In this document: one piece after another, positions 46,491 through 56,568 of the stretch
Layout of the letters: every line of letters starts with the position of its first letter
How positions within the stretch are numbered: the first letter of the stretch is position 1
Virus record (IMG/VR): IMGVR_UViG_2974613666_000001
Coordinates: 32,001 to 96,000 of that record
Direction: 5' to 3' (one strand)
From: a virus
Taxonomy: Duplodnaviria; Caudoviricetes
DNA length: 64,000 nucleotides
Made by a program: the position numbers and the translations under genes
Notes under the pieces: generated by a model
Databases searched by the model: none
What the model was told of the DNA's origin: nothing
Seen by the model: only the letters and a program-made list of their open reading frames with translations

Positions 46491-46919
46491 TTATTCCCAT
46501 CCTTTTTCAGCTTCCTTAAGTTTCACTGGATCAACTTCCTCACCTGCCTCAGCTTCGTGCTTCATATTCAGCACCTGCAAACACTCAACAGCGATTGGTA
46601 CTAGCCTCCCTGTGTATGTTTGACCTAAAAGCATATAGGACATAGGTGGAATAATAATACCAGTTAAAGCACAGACTTCCTCACGCCAGGTTTGAGAAGC
46701 GATCGTACTTTTGATATCTGCTGCTACAAGTTTACGTTCATGCTCTGGTTTACTAGGTAAATGTTCATCACAGTAAGCCGTGAGAATATTAACAGCCAAT
46801 TGGTTACGGGAAATTGCACAAGGTTCGGCTTGTGCTGCTAAAGTTTCTAATCTCCTAATTAGCTCTTTAGGTAACGCGATATAAATAGCTAGTTCGTTTG
46901 ATGCAAGAGATAGTCCCAT
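46491..46919 (-). CDS. RHH-domain hypothetical protein (start placed at MGLSLAS)
   Basis: IYIALPKELIRRLETLA..ISRNQLAVNIL. Confidence 0.55.
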   Translation of the reverse strand: MGLSLASNELAIYIALPKELIRRLETLAAQAEPCAISRNQLAVNILTAYCDEHLPSKPEHERKLVAADIKSTIASQTWREEVCALTGIIIPPMSYMLLGQTYTGRLVPIAVECLQVLNMKHEAEAGEEVDPVKLKEAEKGWE

Positions 46920-46920
46920 A

Positions 46921-47214
46921 TTAACCAGCCCATAGATAACAGTATTTGTCTGGTGAAGCTGAAATTTCTTTCTCAATCTCGTACCAATTGTTGCAACCCG
47001 ACATTGCTGAAATTGCCTCTAACTGGTGCTTTACTTCTTTGGCTGGTTTACGGTTGTAGTTGTTGCATAGGCTGGACAGACTGTTGCCATCTTCATCAGT
47101 ATCGTTGGTCATTGTTAATCTGTGGCACTTGTGTGAGCCGTCGAAAGCGTAATGATAGGCAAACGGAAGCTTTTCAGGTTCCAGCAAAGTTAACATTACA
47201 GTCATTTTATGCAA
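46921..47214 (-). CDS. Hypothetical protein
   Basis: 97-aa ORF coupled to the downstream gene. Confidence 0.5.
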   Translation of the reverse strand: MHKMTVMLTLLEPEKLPFAYHYAFDGSHKCHRLTMTNDTDEDGNSLSSLCNNYNRKPAKEVKHQLEAISAMSGCNNWYEIEKEISASPDKYCYLWAG

Positions 47215-47321
47215 GTGGTGATATGTCTCACTTATTTTACATTGTCTGGTAACAGTAAGGCAATAAAAAAAACGACCAACTCGGAGGAGCGATCGTCTCT
47301 GTGAGGTTATATCGTTATTGA

Positions 47322-48065
47322 CTACTCAAGAGTTTCTAGCAATTCCCGCAACGGAATTATTTTACTTTTGACTAGATTTATGAATGCTTTTTTGATCATG
47401 GATTTATCAGCTTCTGTGGGTAATCTTCTTGGTGGGTTTGAAAATATAAAATTAACCTTCAAGTTTTCTACAGTGTCCGTTTCTCCCCAGTCGTCTGATG
47501 CTAAAGGTTGATCAAATAGTTTATCTAACAGCTTAAGAGCTTCTCCAGCTATACCCTCCGTATTGTAGATTTCAACAAACCCCACAGATATCAAAGCATT
47601 TACCCAAGCGTCGGACAAACCTCTCAACCAAGCATTATATTTTTTGATATTGTGGTTCTCGTCATCAGCTATAAATGATATGTACTCCCCATTTCTATAA
47701 AGTGAAACAGCATCTAAGGTTATTGTGTCTATGGCGTTCATACTTATTAAGGTCTGCAAATCTGACCATACTTTTTCTATATATTCAGGTTCATAGTCCT
47801 TGCTACCGTCGTAGATTTGAAGCAAGAGGCTGTCAGTTGATTCATGTGGGGTAAGTGAATAACCATTAGGTAACTGTGGACGAGTTATTACACTCGTGTC
47901 ACTTAATGTTTCTAGCTTTACAGTTATTGGTTTTTGTGGTGTTGCCTTATCCCATTTTACTGGGGTTATGAAGTAGGTGTTTCCAGGCTTGGGTTTTCTT
48001 TTCTTAGCTGTCGCGTAGCTGATCGGTTCTAGTTCTTGTTTGTTTAATGATGTTATGTTCAGCAT
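47322..48065 (-). CDS. Hypothetical protein adjacent to iteron-like repeats
   Basis: 247-aa ORF. Confidence 0.6.
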   Translation of the reverse strand: MLNITSLNKQELEPISYATAKKRKPKPGNTYFITPVKWDKATPQKPITVKLETLSDTSVITRPQLPNGYSLTPHESTDSLLLQIYDGSKDYEPEYIEKVWSDLQTLISMNAIDTITLDAVSLYRNGEYISFIADDENHNIKKYNAWLRGLSDAWVNALISVGFVEIYNTEGIAGEALKLLDKLFDQPLASDDWGETDTVENLKVNFIFSNPPRRLPTEADKSMIKKAFINLVKSKIIPLRELLETLE

Positions 48066-48343
48066 AGTGTGCTTACCTTCTCAAAATTACTTATTTACTT
48101 TTATAAGTTAGCATACTCCCTATTACACATCAACAGTAATTACACTGAATTAATAGAACTCACGCACCCAAATAAAAATATCTACTATATAACCAGATCC
48201 CACAAAATAACCCCGCTTTTTGCATTCCAGAATTACCTTTTTTAATTACTCTGGTCATATTTTAAAAAGGTTAGATCGCTGCAACCCTTGTTATATAATG
48301 CTTACATTAATTTTTAAGCCATCAAAAATTAATTGTGCTTAAC

Positions 48344-48454
48344 TGTGGAACTGCCAGAAAATCGTCAATAGTATGGTGTGGAACTGCCATTTGTGAGTAT
48401 ATAACTATATGGTAATACTGTTCTAGAGTTCAATAGTATGGTGTGGAACTGCCA
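48344..48454. repeat. Iteron-like direct repeats
   Basis: TGTGGAACTGCCA at 48344, 48377 and 48442; TCAATAGTATGGTGTGGAACTGCCA at 48365 and 48430. Confidence 0.8.
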
Positions 48455-48634
48455 CGGCGTTTTGCTAGACTGTTAATTGATCGCCAAAATAACCCTTGAA
48501 TATGGATAAGAGTGATCTCACCTGAGATGTGTGGTTATTTACAATTTGATGTAAGTGTGGTTGGTTATTGGTAATAGCTAGACATAAAAAAAACCGACCT
48601 AAATTTAGGTCGGTTTTTGTAGTTGGTCTACTTT

Positions 48635-49438
48635 TTACCCTAAATTAATACTTGCCATTCCACTTGTGGATTCTTTAGCTCTACCATTTATAGTTCCGCT
48701 ATAGTTAATTTTAACCATCCCTGATGCGTTTGCTTTGTAAGCACCATCAACAGTACCGCTAGTTTGGATTTTTGAAGTACCTGAAGAATTGGCTTTAACT
48801 GCGGCAATACTTTGGTTGCCGTAAACTTGTAAACTTGCACAACCAGAAGTATCTGCTTTTAGTTCCCCACCAGCAACAGTAGCTCTTAAACTGGAAGTAC
48901 CAGATAAGTTAGCGTTCAGGTCATCGCACATGAATAAATCAACTTTAGCTGTACTTGATAAATCTATTTCCACATCAGCTAGTGCTAGTTTAGCCGATAA
49001 TTCTGCTATCTCATCTAACTCAATACTGCAATCAATCTTAGGACATTTTATCTTAATTACTGGCGGTTCATTATTTTCAGAACTAGAATCGTCGCCACTG
49101 AAATCAGATAAATTAATCTTTTTACCGTTGATGGTAACATTACCTGAGAATCCCGAAATGTTAATACCACCATTAGATTGAATAACGTTCATCCCATTAC
49201 CCCGCACTACTCTGGTATTACCTGATTGGTAAATGTTGCCGATTTGGATGTTACCTGACCCTGTGGACTTCTGAATTACCCTAACTTCTCCATTACTGTT
49301 CTCAACTTTAAATTCTTTCAACTGGTCGGGACTACCTTTGATATCTACTGTGGTTGAGGTGGTGGCGGACTGTTCAATGACTACTTTACCAAAGCTTACT
49401 TTGATGTCTAGCGCTGTGATGTTTTGAAACTTTTGTAT
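48635..49438 (-). CDS. GIN/DUF2807-like beta-helix adhesin-head protein
   Basis: Repeated LxAxxSGxS turns. The frame is open back to an ATA at 49438 that follows AGGAGG. Confidence 0.65.
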   Translation of the reverse strand: MQKFQNITALDIKVSFGKVVIEQSATTSTTVDIKGSPDQLKEFKVENSNGEVRVIQKSTGSGNIQIGNIYQSGNTRVVRGNGMNVIQSNGGINISGFSGNVTINGKKINLSDFSGDDSSSENNEPPVIKIKCPKIDCSIELDEIAELSAKLALADVEIDLSSTAKVDLFMCDDLNANLSGTSSLRATVAGGELKADTSGCASLQVYGNQSIAAVKANSSGTSKIQTSGTVDGAYKANASGMVKINYSGTINGRAKESTSGMASINLG

Positions 49439-49569
49439 AATGTCCTCCTGTTGTTTTGTTGATTACGTGGTTTAAATTCATTAATTCATTTTATTACAGC
49501 ACCGCTACTATAATATATTTTAAATTATGCGTGTAGGAAAGAAGCCCTAGTCTGAGAGCTTCCTTATGC

Positions 49570-50610
49570 CTAACCAGCAGCGCTCCCATAATAAGCACTG
49601 TGCCAACCCTGCTTACGCCGACGCGCAACATACTCCTTCCATCTATCACTATGGTGGAACGATCGTTTGTGCTTGACTTTAGGTTTCACTTCCTCTTGCA
49701 GTCTGTCAATCTCCAAATCAACACCTACACCATTGTCATACTCTGAACAAGTATTCAGCACAATCTGAAAAGCGTTAGCATTCCTAGCCATACATACATC
49801 AGGGTGGACAGCCTGCGATAGCTTGCGTCTGCCAGATTTCCCAAACTTTTTGATAAATTTTAGGCAAACTAACCGCATTCTGTTTTCATCAACGCCATAA
49901 CTGTGCAAATCTTTCTTGATACGGGTGATCGCCCTTCGGCATTTCTCATCATCACTCATCTGGTTGTCTACAATTGGGACTACTTTTAGCTGACATTCCG
50001 ACTGTTGCAGTAGCTCAATTACAGTCTTAAGTGTGATCGCTCTTTCGACCAATGACTTTGATAGTGAAGTCAAACCCCAGGTAAGTTTGTGAACTTTATA
50101 GTATTCACGCTCTAGTACCCCATTAATTACAGCACCTGATAAGCAGTTGCAGTCATACACCTGTCTCACACCGTCGTTTGTTTCGCGTAAATACTCACCT
50201 ACTTTTTTCTTCAAAGAGTAGTCTGATAAACGTTTTAGTCCACAACCAACCATTGCATCTGATAAAAACTTCAAATCCTTGGTTACTGTTTCAGGTAATC
50301 TGATTGATCGTAATTTCTCAATGCTAGTCAGGAGTTGGGAAGTAAATTTGATGTAATCTCCAATCTCGCCACTATTTAATCTAGCTGCTATTTTTTCAAC
50401 TGCTTGTTGAGGATAAAGTTGCAGAGCGATCGTCCTTAATAGCATTTGGGTTACAGCTTCCTTGGAGAATGTTGGCTGTCCTATTTTTTCACGGTATTGG
50501 CGGTAAATAACTTGCATTTGGTGGTCGCTGTAGTGTTTACCCCTAATTGCCCACAGTAAATGCTCGATCTCCTTGCGGCTGTAGTGGTCTTTTATTTGTA
50601 GTTGTTTCAC
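49570..50610 (-). CDS. Hypothetical protein with a C-terminal J-domain-like HPD motif
   Basis: RRKLSQAVHPDV...AFQIVLN. Confidence 0.55.
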   Translation of the reverse strand: MKQLQIKDHYSRKEIEHLLWAIRGKHYSDHQMQVIYRQYREKIGQPTFSKEAVTQMLLRTIALQLYPQQAVEKIAARLNSGEIGDYIKFTSQLLTSIEKLRSIRLPETVTKDLKFLSDAMVGCGLKRLSDYSLKKKVGEYLRETNDGVRQVYDCNCLSGAVINGVLEREYYKVHKLTWGLTSLSKSLVERAITLKTVIELLQQSECQLKVVPIVDNQMSDDEKCRRAITRIKKDLHSYGVDENRMRLVCLKFIKKFGKSGRRKLSQAVHPDVCMARNANAFQIVLNTCSEYDNGVGVDLEIDRLQEEVKPKVKHKRSFHHSDRWKEYVARRRKQGWHSAYYGSAAG

Positions 50611-50687
50611 TTTGTTTTACCTTATAGCAGTAACGCTATTATATATGATAAACCACCAAGCTGTATCAGTTGGTGGTTATGTTTGGT

Positions 50688-51113
50688 TTAACGTGTTAGC
50701 ACTTCCAACTGTTCAGTGCTTATAGCCTCAGAAAATGCTTGAAACAGGGTTATCTCCGTTCCGAATTTAAACACCCTATAAGGATCACTAAGCACGGACT
50801 TATGCCATTCTTCTATGAAAGCCTTAACTTTTGGGTATCTCTTCCATAAGTAGTAAATACCTGTAGCTGTTGGGTTTGTGATAGCAGCTTCAGTTTTGAG
50901 CCTGTGAAGCTCAGAAAGTATATCTCTTTTCCAGCCATGATACACAGCCAGATCGTTGCCGTTTAGATATTCATCACCGTCTCTAACTGATATAAACCAG
51001 TAACGGTCTAGCCCGTTAGCAGCTAAACAACCCGTGAATCCCATCAAATCATCTGGATTATCCAGTAGCTCATCACAGCAAAGCAGTTCCCGCCCTCTCA
51101 CTCGGATTATCAT
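50688..51113 (-). CDS. Hypothetical protein
   Basis: 141-aa ORF with a GGAG RBS, in an operon. Confidence 0.6.
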   Translation of the reverse strand: MIIRVRGRELLCCDELLDNPDDLMGFTGCLAANGLDRYWFISVRDGDEYLNGNDLAVYHGWKRDILSELHRLKTEAAITNPTATGIYYLWKRYPKVKAFIEEWHKSVLSDPYRVFKFGTEITLFQAFSEAISTEQLEVLTR

Positions 51114-51124
51114 TGCTTGTCTCC

Positions 51125-51385
51125 TTAAAAACTAAAACTATCTTGCGCTGATTCCCGGCCACTATTACTCGCACTTGCAGCTACCCAAGCTAGTAAATGT
51201 GGACATCCTAGCTCTATACATTCTTGAGCCAGTGCCACACCGAAAGTGAACTTATGATACGTGTGGCTCGTCCTATGTGGTGGGTTGTAGGGCTGGGAAC
51301 AATTCTTAATCAACTGCCTAGCCGCTTCAGGTAATTGTAGGAAGTCGTGGTCTGATGTGGTGTAAATTATTGTAGTTTCCATCAA
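51125..51385 (-). CDS. Hypothetical protein
   Basis: Coupled ORF. Confidence 0.5.
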   Translation of the reverse strand: MMETTIIYTTSDHDFLQLPEAARQLIKNCSQPYNPPHRTSHTYHKFTFGVALAQECIELGCPHLLAWVAASASNSGRESAQDSFSF

Positions 51386-51570
51386 CTTATGTCTACCTCG
51401 TCTAAAATTGATACTACTCGCTCTAATATCTCGGTTGGAACCTTCTTAAAATTCCGTCGCTGCTCAACATACTCCATAATTGATCGCTGCAAGCCTATCC
51501 TGTAGGCTTTTTCTTTATCTGTGATGAAGTGGTTGGTTTCAATGAAACCTTTTAGCTGTAATGGATTCAT
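51382..51570 (-). CDS. Hypothetical protein
   Basis: Coupled ORF. Confidence 0.5.
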   Translation of the reverse strand: MNPLQLKGFIETNHFITDKEKAYRIGLQRSIMEYVEQRRNFKKVPTEILERVVSILDEVDIS

Positions 51571-51947
51571 ACTGTTACTTTACTCCGGATAGATTTGAAA
51601 CCTGCTTTAACTTTCTTGACTGATTTAACTGGTGCTGGTTGCGGATCTTCAGTAATAACTGCTTCCTGCGTGACTTCCTCAGAAACGATCACATCCGCTT
51701 GATTTTCTACTTGCAGTGCTGTTTCTACGACTGCTTCAGGTTCTACGCTTTCCCTCACTTGTTCAGTTGCTTCAGGTTTAGCAGTTGGTTTTATTTCACT
51801 CATAAAACCAATGTACTGCTGCTTTCCGTAAGTTGTCCAGGGTTTTGCTAGAGTGTGAATTGCTTGGAAAACTACGATTACAGCAACAATCAAAATGACT
51901 GCGGGCGCAATTGGGCTTTGTGTGTTGAAGTTGTTTGTGGTTGTCAT
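51567..51947 (-). CDS. Single-TM hypothetical protein
   Basis: Hydrophobic N-terminal helix. Confidence 0.6.
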   Translation of the reverse strand: MTTTNNFNTQSPIAPAVILIVAVIVVFQAIHTLAKPWTTYGKQQYIGFMSEIKPTAKPEATEQVRESVEPEAVVETALQVENQADVIVSEEVTQEAVITEDPQPAPVKSVKKVKAGFKSIRSKVTV

Positions 51948-52015
51948 CAGTCTTACCTTTTGTTGTGGTTGGCTTATTTTGGTGGCTACCTGTTTTAGTT
52001 GAGGTAGCCTTGCGA

Positions 52016-52456
52016 TTAAAATTTGGTGAGGAGTTCTGCTATTAGTTCTTGGTCATTTGTGGGGTCAAGCCGGGTTACTTTCTCTAGTAACTCCTGATGA
52101 AGCTTTTTCAGCTTATGTGCTGCATCTCGTTTTATTGCATTATCCACTGCTTTTTCAACTTCTTCAGCCAGGAACAAAGATCGGTAAGATGCACCACCGA
52201 CAGCATCAGTAACTTTTTGGGTACTCGTACAGTCTCTAGAAGATGTAGAAAAGTTGATACCGTGGGAAGTCTTCACTATTCCCCTAGCATCTACCTTAAT
52301 TACTGACACTTCAATAAGCTCTTGGTGGAGTTGGTACACATCACCTATAAAAACTCTTGTACCTGGTTGTAGCTGCTTGCCCTCTTCTGAGGACATTGCA
52401 TAAAGTTTAGGGTGTGTTTTTGTTAATGCTTGGTTGATTTCTGCGATTGTCATCAT
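52016..52456 (-). CDS. Hypothetical protein
   Basis: 146-aa ORF with a GAGG RBS. Confidence 0.6.
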   Translation of the reverse strand: MMTIAEINQALTKTHPKLYAMSSEEGKQLQPGTRVFIGDVYQLHQELIEVSVIKVDARGIVKTSHGINFSTSSRDCTSTQKVTDAVGGASYRSLFLAEEVEKAVDNAIKRDAAHKLKKLHQELLEKVTRLDPTNDQELIAELLTKF

Positions 52457-52645
52457 GTTCCGCTACCTCGTTTACTTCCTCTATCTTGCCCTACTTCCTC
52501 AATTAAATCAACCGTAATTATACTGAATTTAATTATACTTAAGACAGGAGTACACCTAAATCTGATATATTTGGTTGACAAGATAAGATAGTATAGCTAC
52601 TATAACTATAAGCTGACGAACTGACAAGCTCGTAGGCTGAAATAC

Positions 52646-53314
52646 TTGAAACAACTAACAAAGGTAAAACAAATGTCGGATTTAGCAATTTTCAGCGAGA
52701 ATAATGATACGGAAAAGAAGCCTACTTCTAATGGAGCTACCACAGGCTCAATGACCAAGAAGGGTAAAGGTGGCGGGTTATCAAAACGGAATGCCAATAA
52801 AAACGCACTCGCCAACGCTGTACCCCCTGAAGCAATTCAAAACATTGAAATAATTAACAGGAAGTTCGGGGCTGAGTTTACCCCGGCATTACTTGCTAAA
52901 CTAACTGAGGTAGCAGATAGCTGGGAAGCTAACTACACTCAGGAAAGAATGCTAGAGGAAGCATTAGTAATCGCTGCTGATAAGAGATCGCGTGATGCGG
53001 CTGTAGAGGGTCGTCAACGGGCGCAACTGCAAATCAAAAGACGCGAGTTACTAGCGCTCAAATCAGAAGCCGAAGAATGGATGGAAAATACCTTTGATAC
53101 TTTCATCTCGAAACAGTTGGGCGCTGGTTTACCTGTAGCTTACGTTCAGCAACTTGCAACTTCGCAAGCAGCTAATTTCCACGTTGACTTGAACGACTTT
53201 AAACTGAAGGAAGATGGTAGCTGGGGAGAGTTCGCACCTGTGTTTATTCACGAGGATGAGATTGAACTTACTACGCAACGCCTGATTGAAATGGGCGTTG
53301 AGGTAGAGAACTAA
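52646..53314 (+). CDS. Coiled-coil hypothetical protein (likely start at 52673)
   Basis: First gene of a plus-strand operon, with the AAGGTAAAACAAATG leader. Confidence 0.65.
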   Translation: MKQLTKVKQMSDLAIFSENNDTEKKPTSNGATTGSMTKKGKGGGLSKRNANKNALANAVPPEAIQNIEIINRKFGAEFTPALLAKLTEVADSWEANYTQERMLEEALVIAADKRSRDAAVEGRQRAQLQIKRRELLALKSEAEEWMENTFDTFISKQLGAGLPVAYVQQLATSQAANFHVDLNDFKLKEDGSWGEFAPVFIHEDEIELTTQRLIEMGVEVEN

Positions 53315-53448
53315 TGTACTACCTCATAAGAGCGATAGCGTGTCTCATTATCGTGGTTGCTATGTGTCAGCTTTTTACCAGCAAAGATAGATTAGCCGCT
53401 TATGCTGGGCTTGCAATTCTTTTCTCAATACGATTGCTACTAATCTAA
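53314..53448 (+). CDS. Small two-TM protein (44 aa)
   Basis: MYYLIRAIACLIIVVAMC..LAAYAGLAILFSIRLLLI; TAATG coupling. Confidence 0.5.
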   Translation: MYYLIRAIACLIIVVAMCQLFTSKDRLAAYAGLAILFSIRLLLI

Positions 53449-53452
53449 AACA

Positions 53453-53677
53453 ATGGAAACCACAGCACGACAAAACAACAACAGATCACTAACACTAGCA
53501 GGTGTAAATAAGCTTTTCTCCTGCTTAGAACCCGCACCAGTAGTGAAACAAGACCCGAAGCTAGGTTACTACAGTGTAGCCTACAGAGGTGAGATATTGA
53601 TGGATAAAACCCTGACAAATGTCAGCCAGGAGTTGTTAAAGCTGGTCGCAAACCAAAGAACTGAGGTGACTGAATAA
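53453..53677 (+). CDS. Hypothetical protein
   Basis: 74-aa ORF in an operon. Confidence 0.55.
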   Translation: METTARQNNNRSLTLAGVNKLFSCLEPAPVVKQDPKLGYYSVAYRGEILMDKTLTNVSQELLKLVANQRTEVTE

Positions 53678-54024
53678 TGAAGAAAAGAAGTGGGGGATCT
53701 TTTGAACTTCCCCCACAATCTGAAACCAACCAACGAGAACTACAGTTAACCGACTGCGAGATCGAAGCTTTACGTTCTGAAAGAGAGAAAAGCTATCTAT
53801 ACAGGATGGCACTGATAGACAACGCACTAGATTTACTTCCATTACTGCTTTTAGCAAAGGACAAGAAAATGATTGATTTCATCAACTCTGCTTTAGAGGG
53901 TGCTTTAGGCTCTGGTTCAGCACTATTTCTTGGTGCAGCCGCATTGGGAATTACAGTGAATGCCCCAGTTATTTTGTCCGCTTTATTTGGTGGCGCTTTG
54001 ATCAACTATGCTGTGAGGGAATAG
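53677..54024 (+). CDS. Membrane protein with a Gly-zipper-like C-terminus
   Basis: GALGSGSALFLGAAALGITVNAPVILSALFGGALI; possibly two fused small genes. Confidence 0.55.
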   Translation: MKKRSGGSFELPPQSETNQRELQLTDCEIEALRSEREKSYLYRMALIDNALDLLPLLLLAKDKKMIDFINSALEGALGSGSALFLGAAALGITVNAPVILSALFGGALINYAVRE

Positions 54025-54382
54025 TTATGGAACCTGGTTATTGTTGATTACTACCATCACGATCAGTATTTAGTAATTGAGAAAATCGACAATGGTTACT
54101 ATTTCACAATTGAAGGTAGTAGATGTAAGGAACCCTTCAAATCAGCATCAGAAGCTGAGATAGCAGCACAAATGACAATTGAGCATGATTTAGAAAATGA
54201 GGACATTGAGTAATGCTACAACTATACCGAGTAATTTACACACCACACAACACTGACACAAGGATAAAGGTAACTAAGCCTATGACCTTACAAAAAGCAA
54301 TCAATACTGCATCAGAGCTAACAAAAGAAAACACTACTGACAACTTATGCTATTCACTTGAATTAGTAATGGAGAATGCTGA

Positions 54383-54838
54383 ATGCTAACCTTACCAGCA
54401 GGTTCTGTAGAACGGAAACCACAAGGTAAACTTAAACCTAAAGTATTCTGGTTAGGTTCTGCAATGGTAGCAAGTCTGTTACTTTACAGTAAAACTACAC
54501 AGCAGCCTAAATTAGTGCAACTCGAAACCAGTAACCAACCAGCACAATACACAGCAGTAGTAGATCGCTTGGCTGATAATTACCTAGTAGTGGCTCAACA
54601 GTTAACAAGTACACCAGGAAACAACTGCTACAAGCGATCACTCAATGACTGCCTAACTTTGATGAAGCCTGAAGAGGTGCGATCGTTTGAGTCTTTACCA
54701 CCACAGCAAGCCATCAACTCTGAGTTAAAGTTTCTAGTTTTTCAAGTGAGGGTAGAAGCTTTGGAACTGGCAAAAGAACGTGTAAGCAGTAGTAGCAGAA
54801 AACTGAGATTAGTTCAGGAGAAGAGCCATGCCGGGTAA
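54383..54838 (+). CDS. Single-TM protein
   Basis: VFWLGSAMVASLLLY helix. Confidence 0.6.
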   Translation: MLTLPAGSVERKPQGKLKPKVFWLGSAMVASLLLYSKTTQQPKLVQLETSNQPAQYTAVVDRLADNYLVVAQQLTSTPGNNCYKRSLNDCLTLMKPEEVRSFESLPPQQAINSELKFLVFQVRVEALELAKERVSSSSRKLRLVQEKSHAG

Positions 54839-55469
54839 ATTGAATTTAAGCTTGAATGCACCAGCTACTTACACAGCATTAGGACAGTGGACTGGTGTTT
54901 CTCAAGCAACAGTAAACGCAGCTTTAAACGGTGATCAAGGTGCAGCAGCCCAAATATTAGATTTTTCTGAGCAAGCTAAGGCTAGAGCGTCTAATGCAGA
55001 AACTATACTTAATGCGGCTACTGAGGGTGTGGAGGCTCTAGGTGAAGTGATAGCCTTAGAGGCACAATTCTTAGGTACTGCTTCTCAGACTTTTACTACA
55101 GCAGCGAAGGCTGTGAACTCTACTTTCCAAAAAGATAAAAAGTTTCAGCACTCACTAATTGAAGGGCAAGTGCAACATAGGTTAGCCGTTGATGAGGAGA
55201 ACGTCAGACATAAACGAGCATTGAACTTGTTACCTATGGAATCTAAAACACGAGAAACCATTGCTGGGATAAACTACGAAACCAAGCGTTACCAGTTAAA
55301 TCAGCAGGTAAACGAAGCTAGAGAAAACCGCAAAGAAGCCTTAAATCAACTATCTACACGTCAAAAACAACTGCAAAGTCTACAGCGTGTCGGTGGCGGT
55401 GGCAAGGGCTTAGGTAGTCCTATCGCCAACGGTGTTAAAGGCTTTTTCAATTTCCTGTTTGGTCATTAA
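54828..55469 (+). CDS. Coiled-coil protein with an amphipathic C-terminus
   Basis: Ala/Gln-rich helices ending GVKGFFNFLFGH. Confidence 0.65.
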   Translation: MPGKLNLSLNAPATYTALGQWTGVSQATVNAALNGDQGAAAQILDFSEQAKARASNAETILNAATEGVEALGEVIALEAQFLGTASQTFTTAAKAVNSTFQKDKKFQHSLIEGQVQHRLAVDEENVRHKRALNLLPMESKTRETIAGINYETKRYQLNQQVNEARENRKEALNQLSTRQKQLQSLQRVGGGGKGLGSPIANGVKGFFNFLFGH

Positions 55470-55486
55470 ATTTAAGGAGGATTGCA

Positions 55487-55666
55487 ATGTTCGATGATTT
55501 TCTATCTAGCGCACTGATCACAGGTTCTGCTGTAGGTATATTAAGTTTCACCTCTTACATAGTAGCTGGCGTGATCGTCTCTGTGGGTAGTGGGTTAATT
55601 GTTCCTGCTGGTTTATTAGCTGGAATTGTGTTTGCTGTTGGCGGTTTAGTTAGAGGTAGGGTGTAA
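55487..55666 (+). CDS. Small hydrophobic Gly-rich membrane protein (59 aa)
   Basis: Strong AAGGAGG RBS; MFDDFLSSALITGSAVGILSF...LAGIVFAVGGLV. Confidence 0.65.
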   Translation: MFDDFLSSALITGSAVGILSFTSYIVAGVIVSVGSGLIVPAGLLAGIVFAVGGLVRGRV

Positions 55667-55865
55667 TGCAAACCACAAAGTTACTCTTAACTAAATACGA
55701 ATTACAAGAGGCTAGAGATTAAATGCAAAGACTGCTTACCGTGGCAGGATCTGATAACTGATGAGGATGTCGATGCTTTAACTGATAAGCAGGTTGAGGA
55801 CGGCATTGCTATGAACTACGACGGCGGTTTAAGTGGGTTCAAAATGGCTTGTGTAGGTAATTAAA

Positions 55866-56138
55866 ATGTGTTTAACAGATATCTCAATCGGTCAAAGTTG
55901 CGTAGTCAGATATGGAAACAGTCACTGCATCCCCACAAATGTAAGCAAGGTTAGCAAACTAGATGGTACTTTCCAGGTACATTCCCATCCCAACTTTCCA
56001 GGACTGGAGAAAGAAAAATTTACCCTCAAACTCGTGACTGCGGTATCTGATCCAAGTAAAAAGCAGAGACATTACAATCACGTCGGCGGATCAAAAGTAA
56101 TAGATGTTAATTGCTGGGTCGAGTTCATAGTTTACTAA
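55866..56138 (+). CDS. Hypothetical protein
   Basis: 90-aa ORF followed by a hairpin. Confidence 0.5.
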   Translation: MCLTDISIGQSCVVRYGNSHCIPTNVSKVSKLDGTFQVHSHPNFPGLEKEKFTLKLVTAVSDPSKKQRHYNHVGGSKVIDVNCWVEFIVY

Positions 56139-56253
56139 TTTTGCCAATATGTACAGTATGGAACACCTTAGTTATTTCTAGGGTGTTTTTCGCTCTTGAT
56201 ATAAGATAGCAGCAGTGCTATATTATTGAAATAACTTAAACAAGTGGAACAGC

Positions 56254-56568
56254 ATGAAACGACGATCGCTCACACAAACACTCAACTACTATGGACAATC
56301 ATGCTTATTGATGTGTGGGGCTGAGGCAATGTGCCAGGATCTACCCCGTCAGCTAGGGATTGATATGTTCATGCTTTTAAGCGAAATCAACCCTGATAAT
56401 TCAACAGCCGAGGATTTTACTTTGCTTTTACTGAGACTAATGAAGGCTTATCCCAACGTAACTCAGACACAACTACTAGACTTACACGCTGAGATAGTCA
56501 AGATTATTGGCGACTATGGTGATCGCATTTTGCAAGAAATAGCAGGAGGTCAACGAGATGTTAGCTAG
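56254..56568 (+). CDS. Hypothetical protein
   Basis: 104-aa ORF. Confidence 0.55.
   Translation: MKRRSLTQTLNYYGQSCLLMCGAEAMCQDLPRQLGIDMFMLLSEINPDNSTAEDFTLLLLRLMKAYPNVTQTQLLDLHAEIVKIIGDYGDRILQEIAGGQRDVS

Noticed and set aside
48344-48454. CRISPR array
   Set aside because: The repeats are short, unevenly spaced and non-palindromic, with no GAAAC-type end. They are better explained as iterons or operators.
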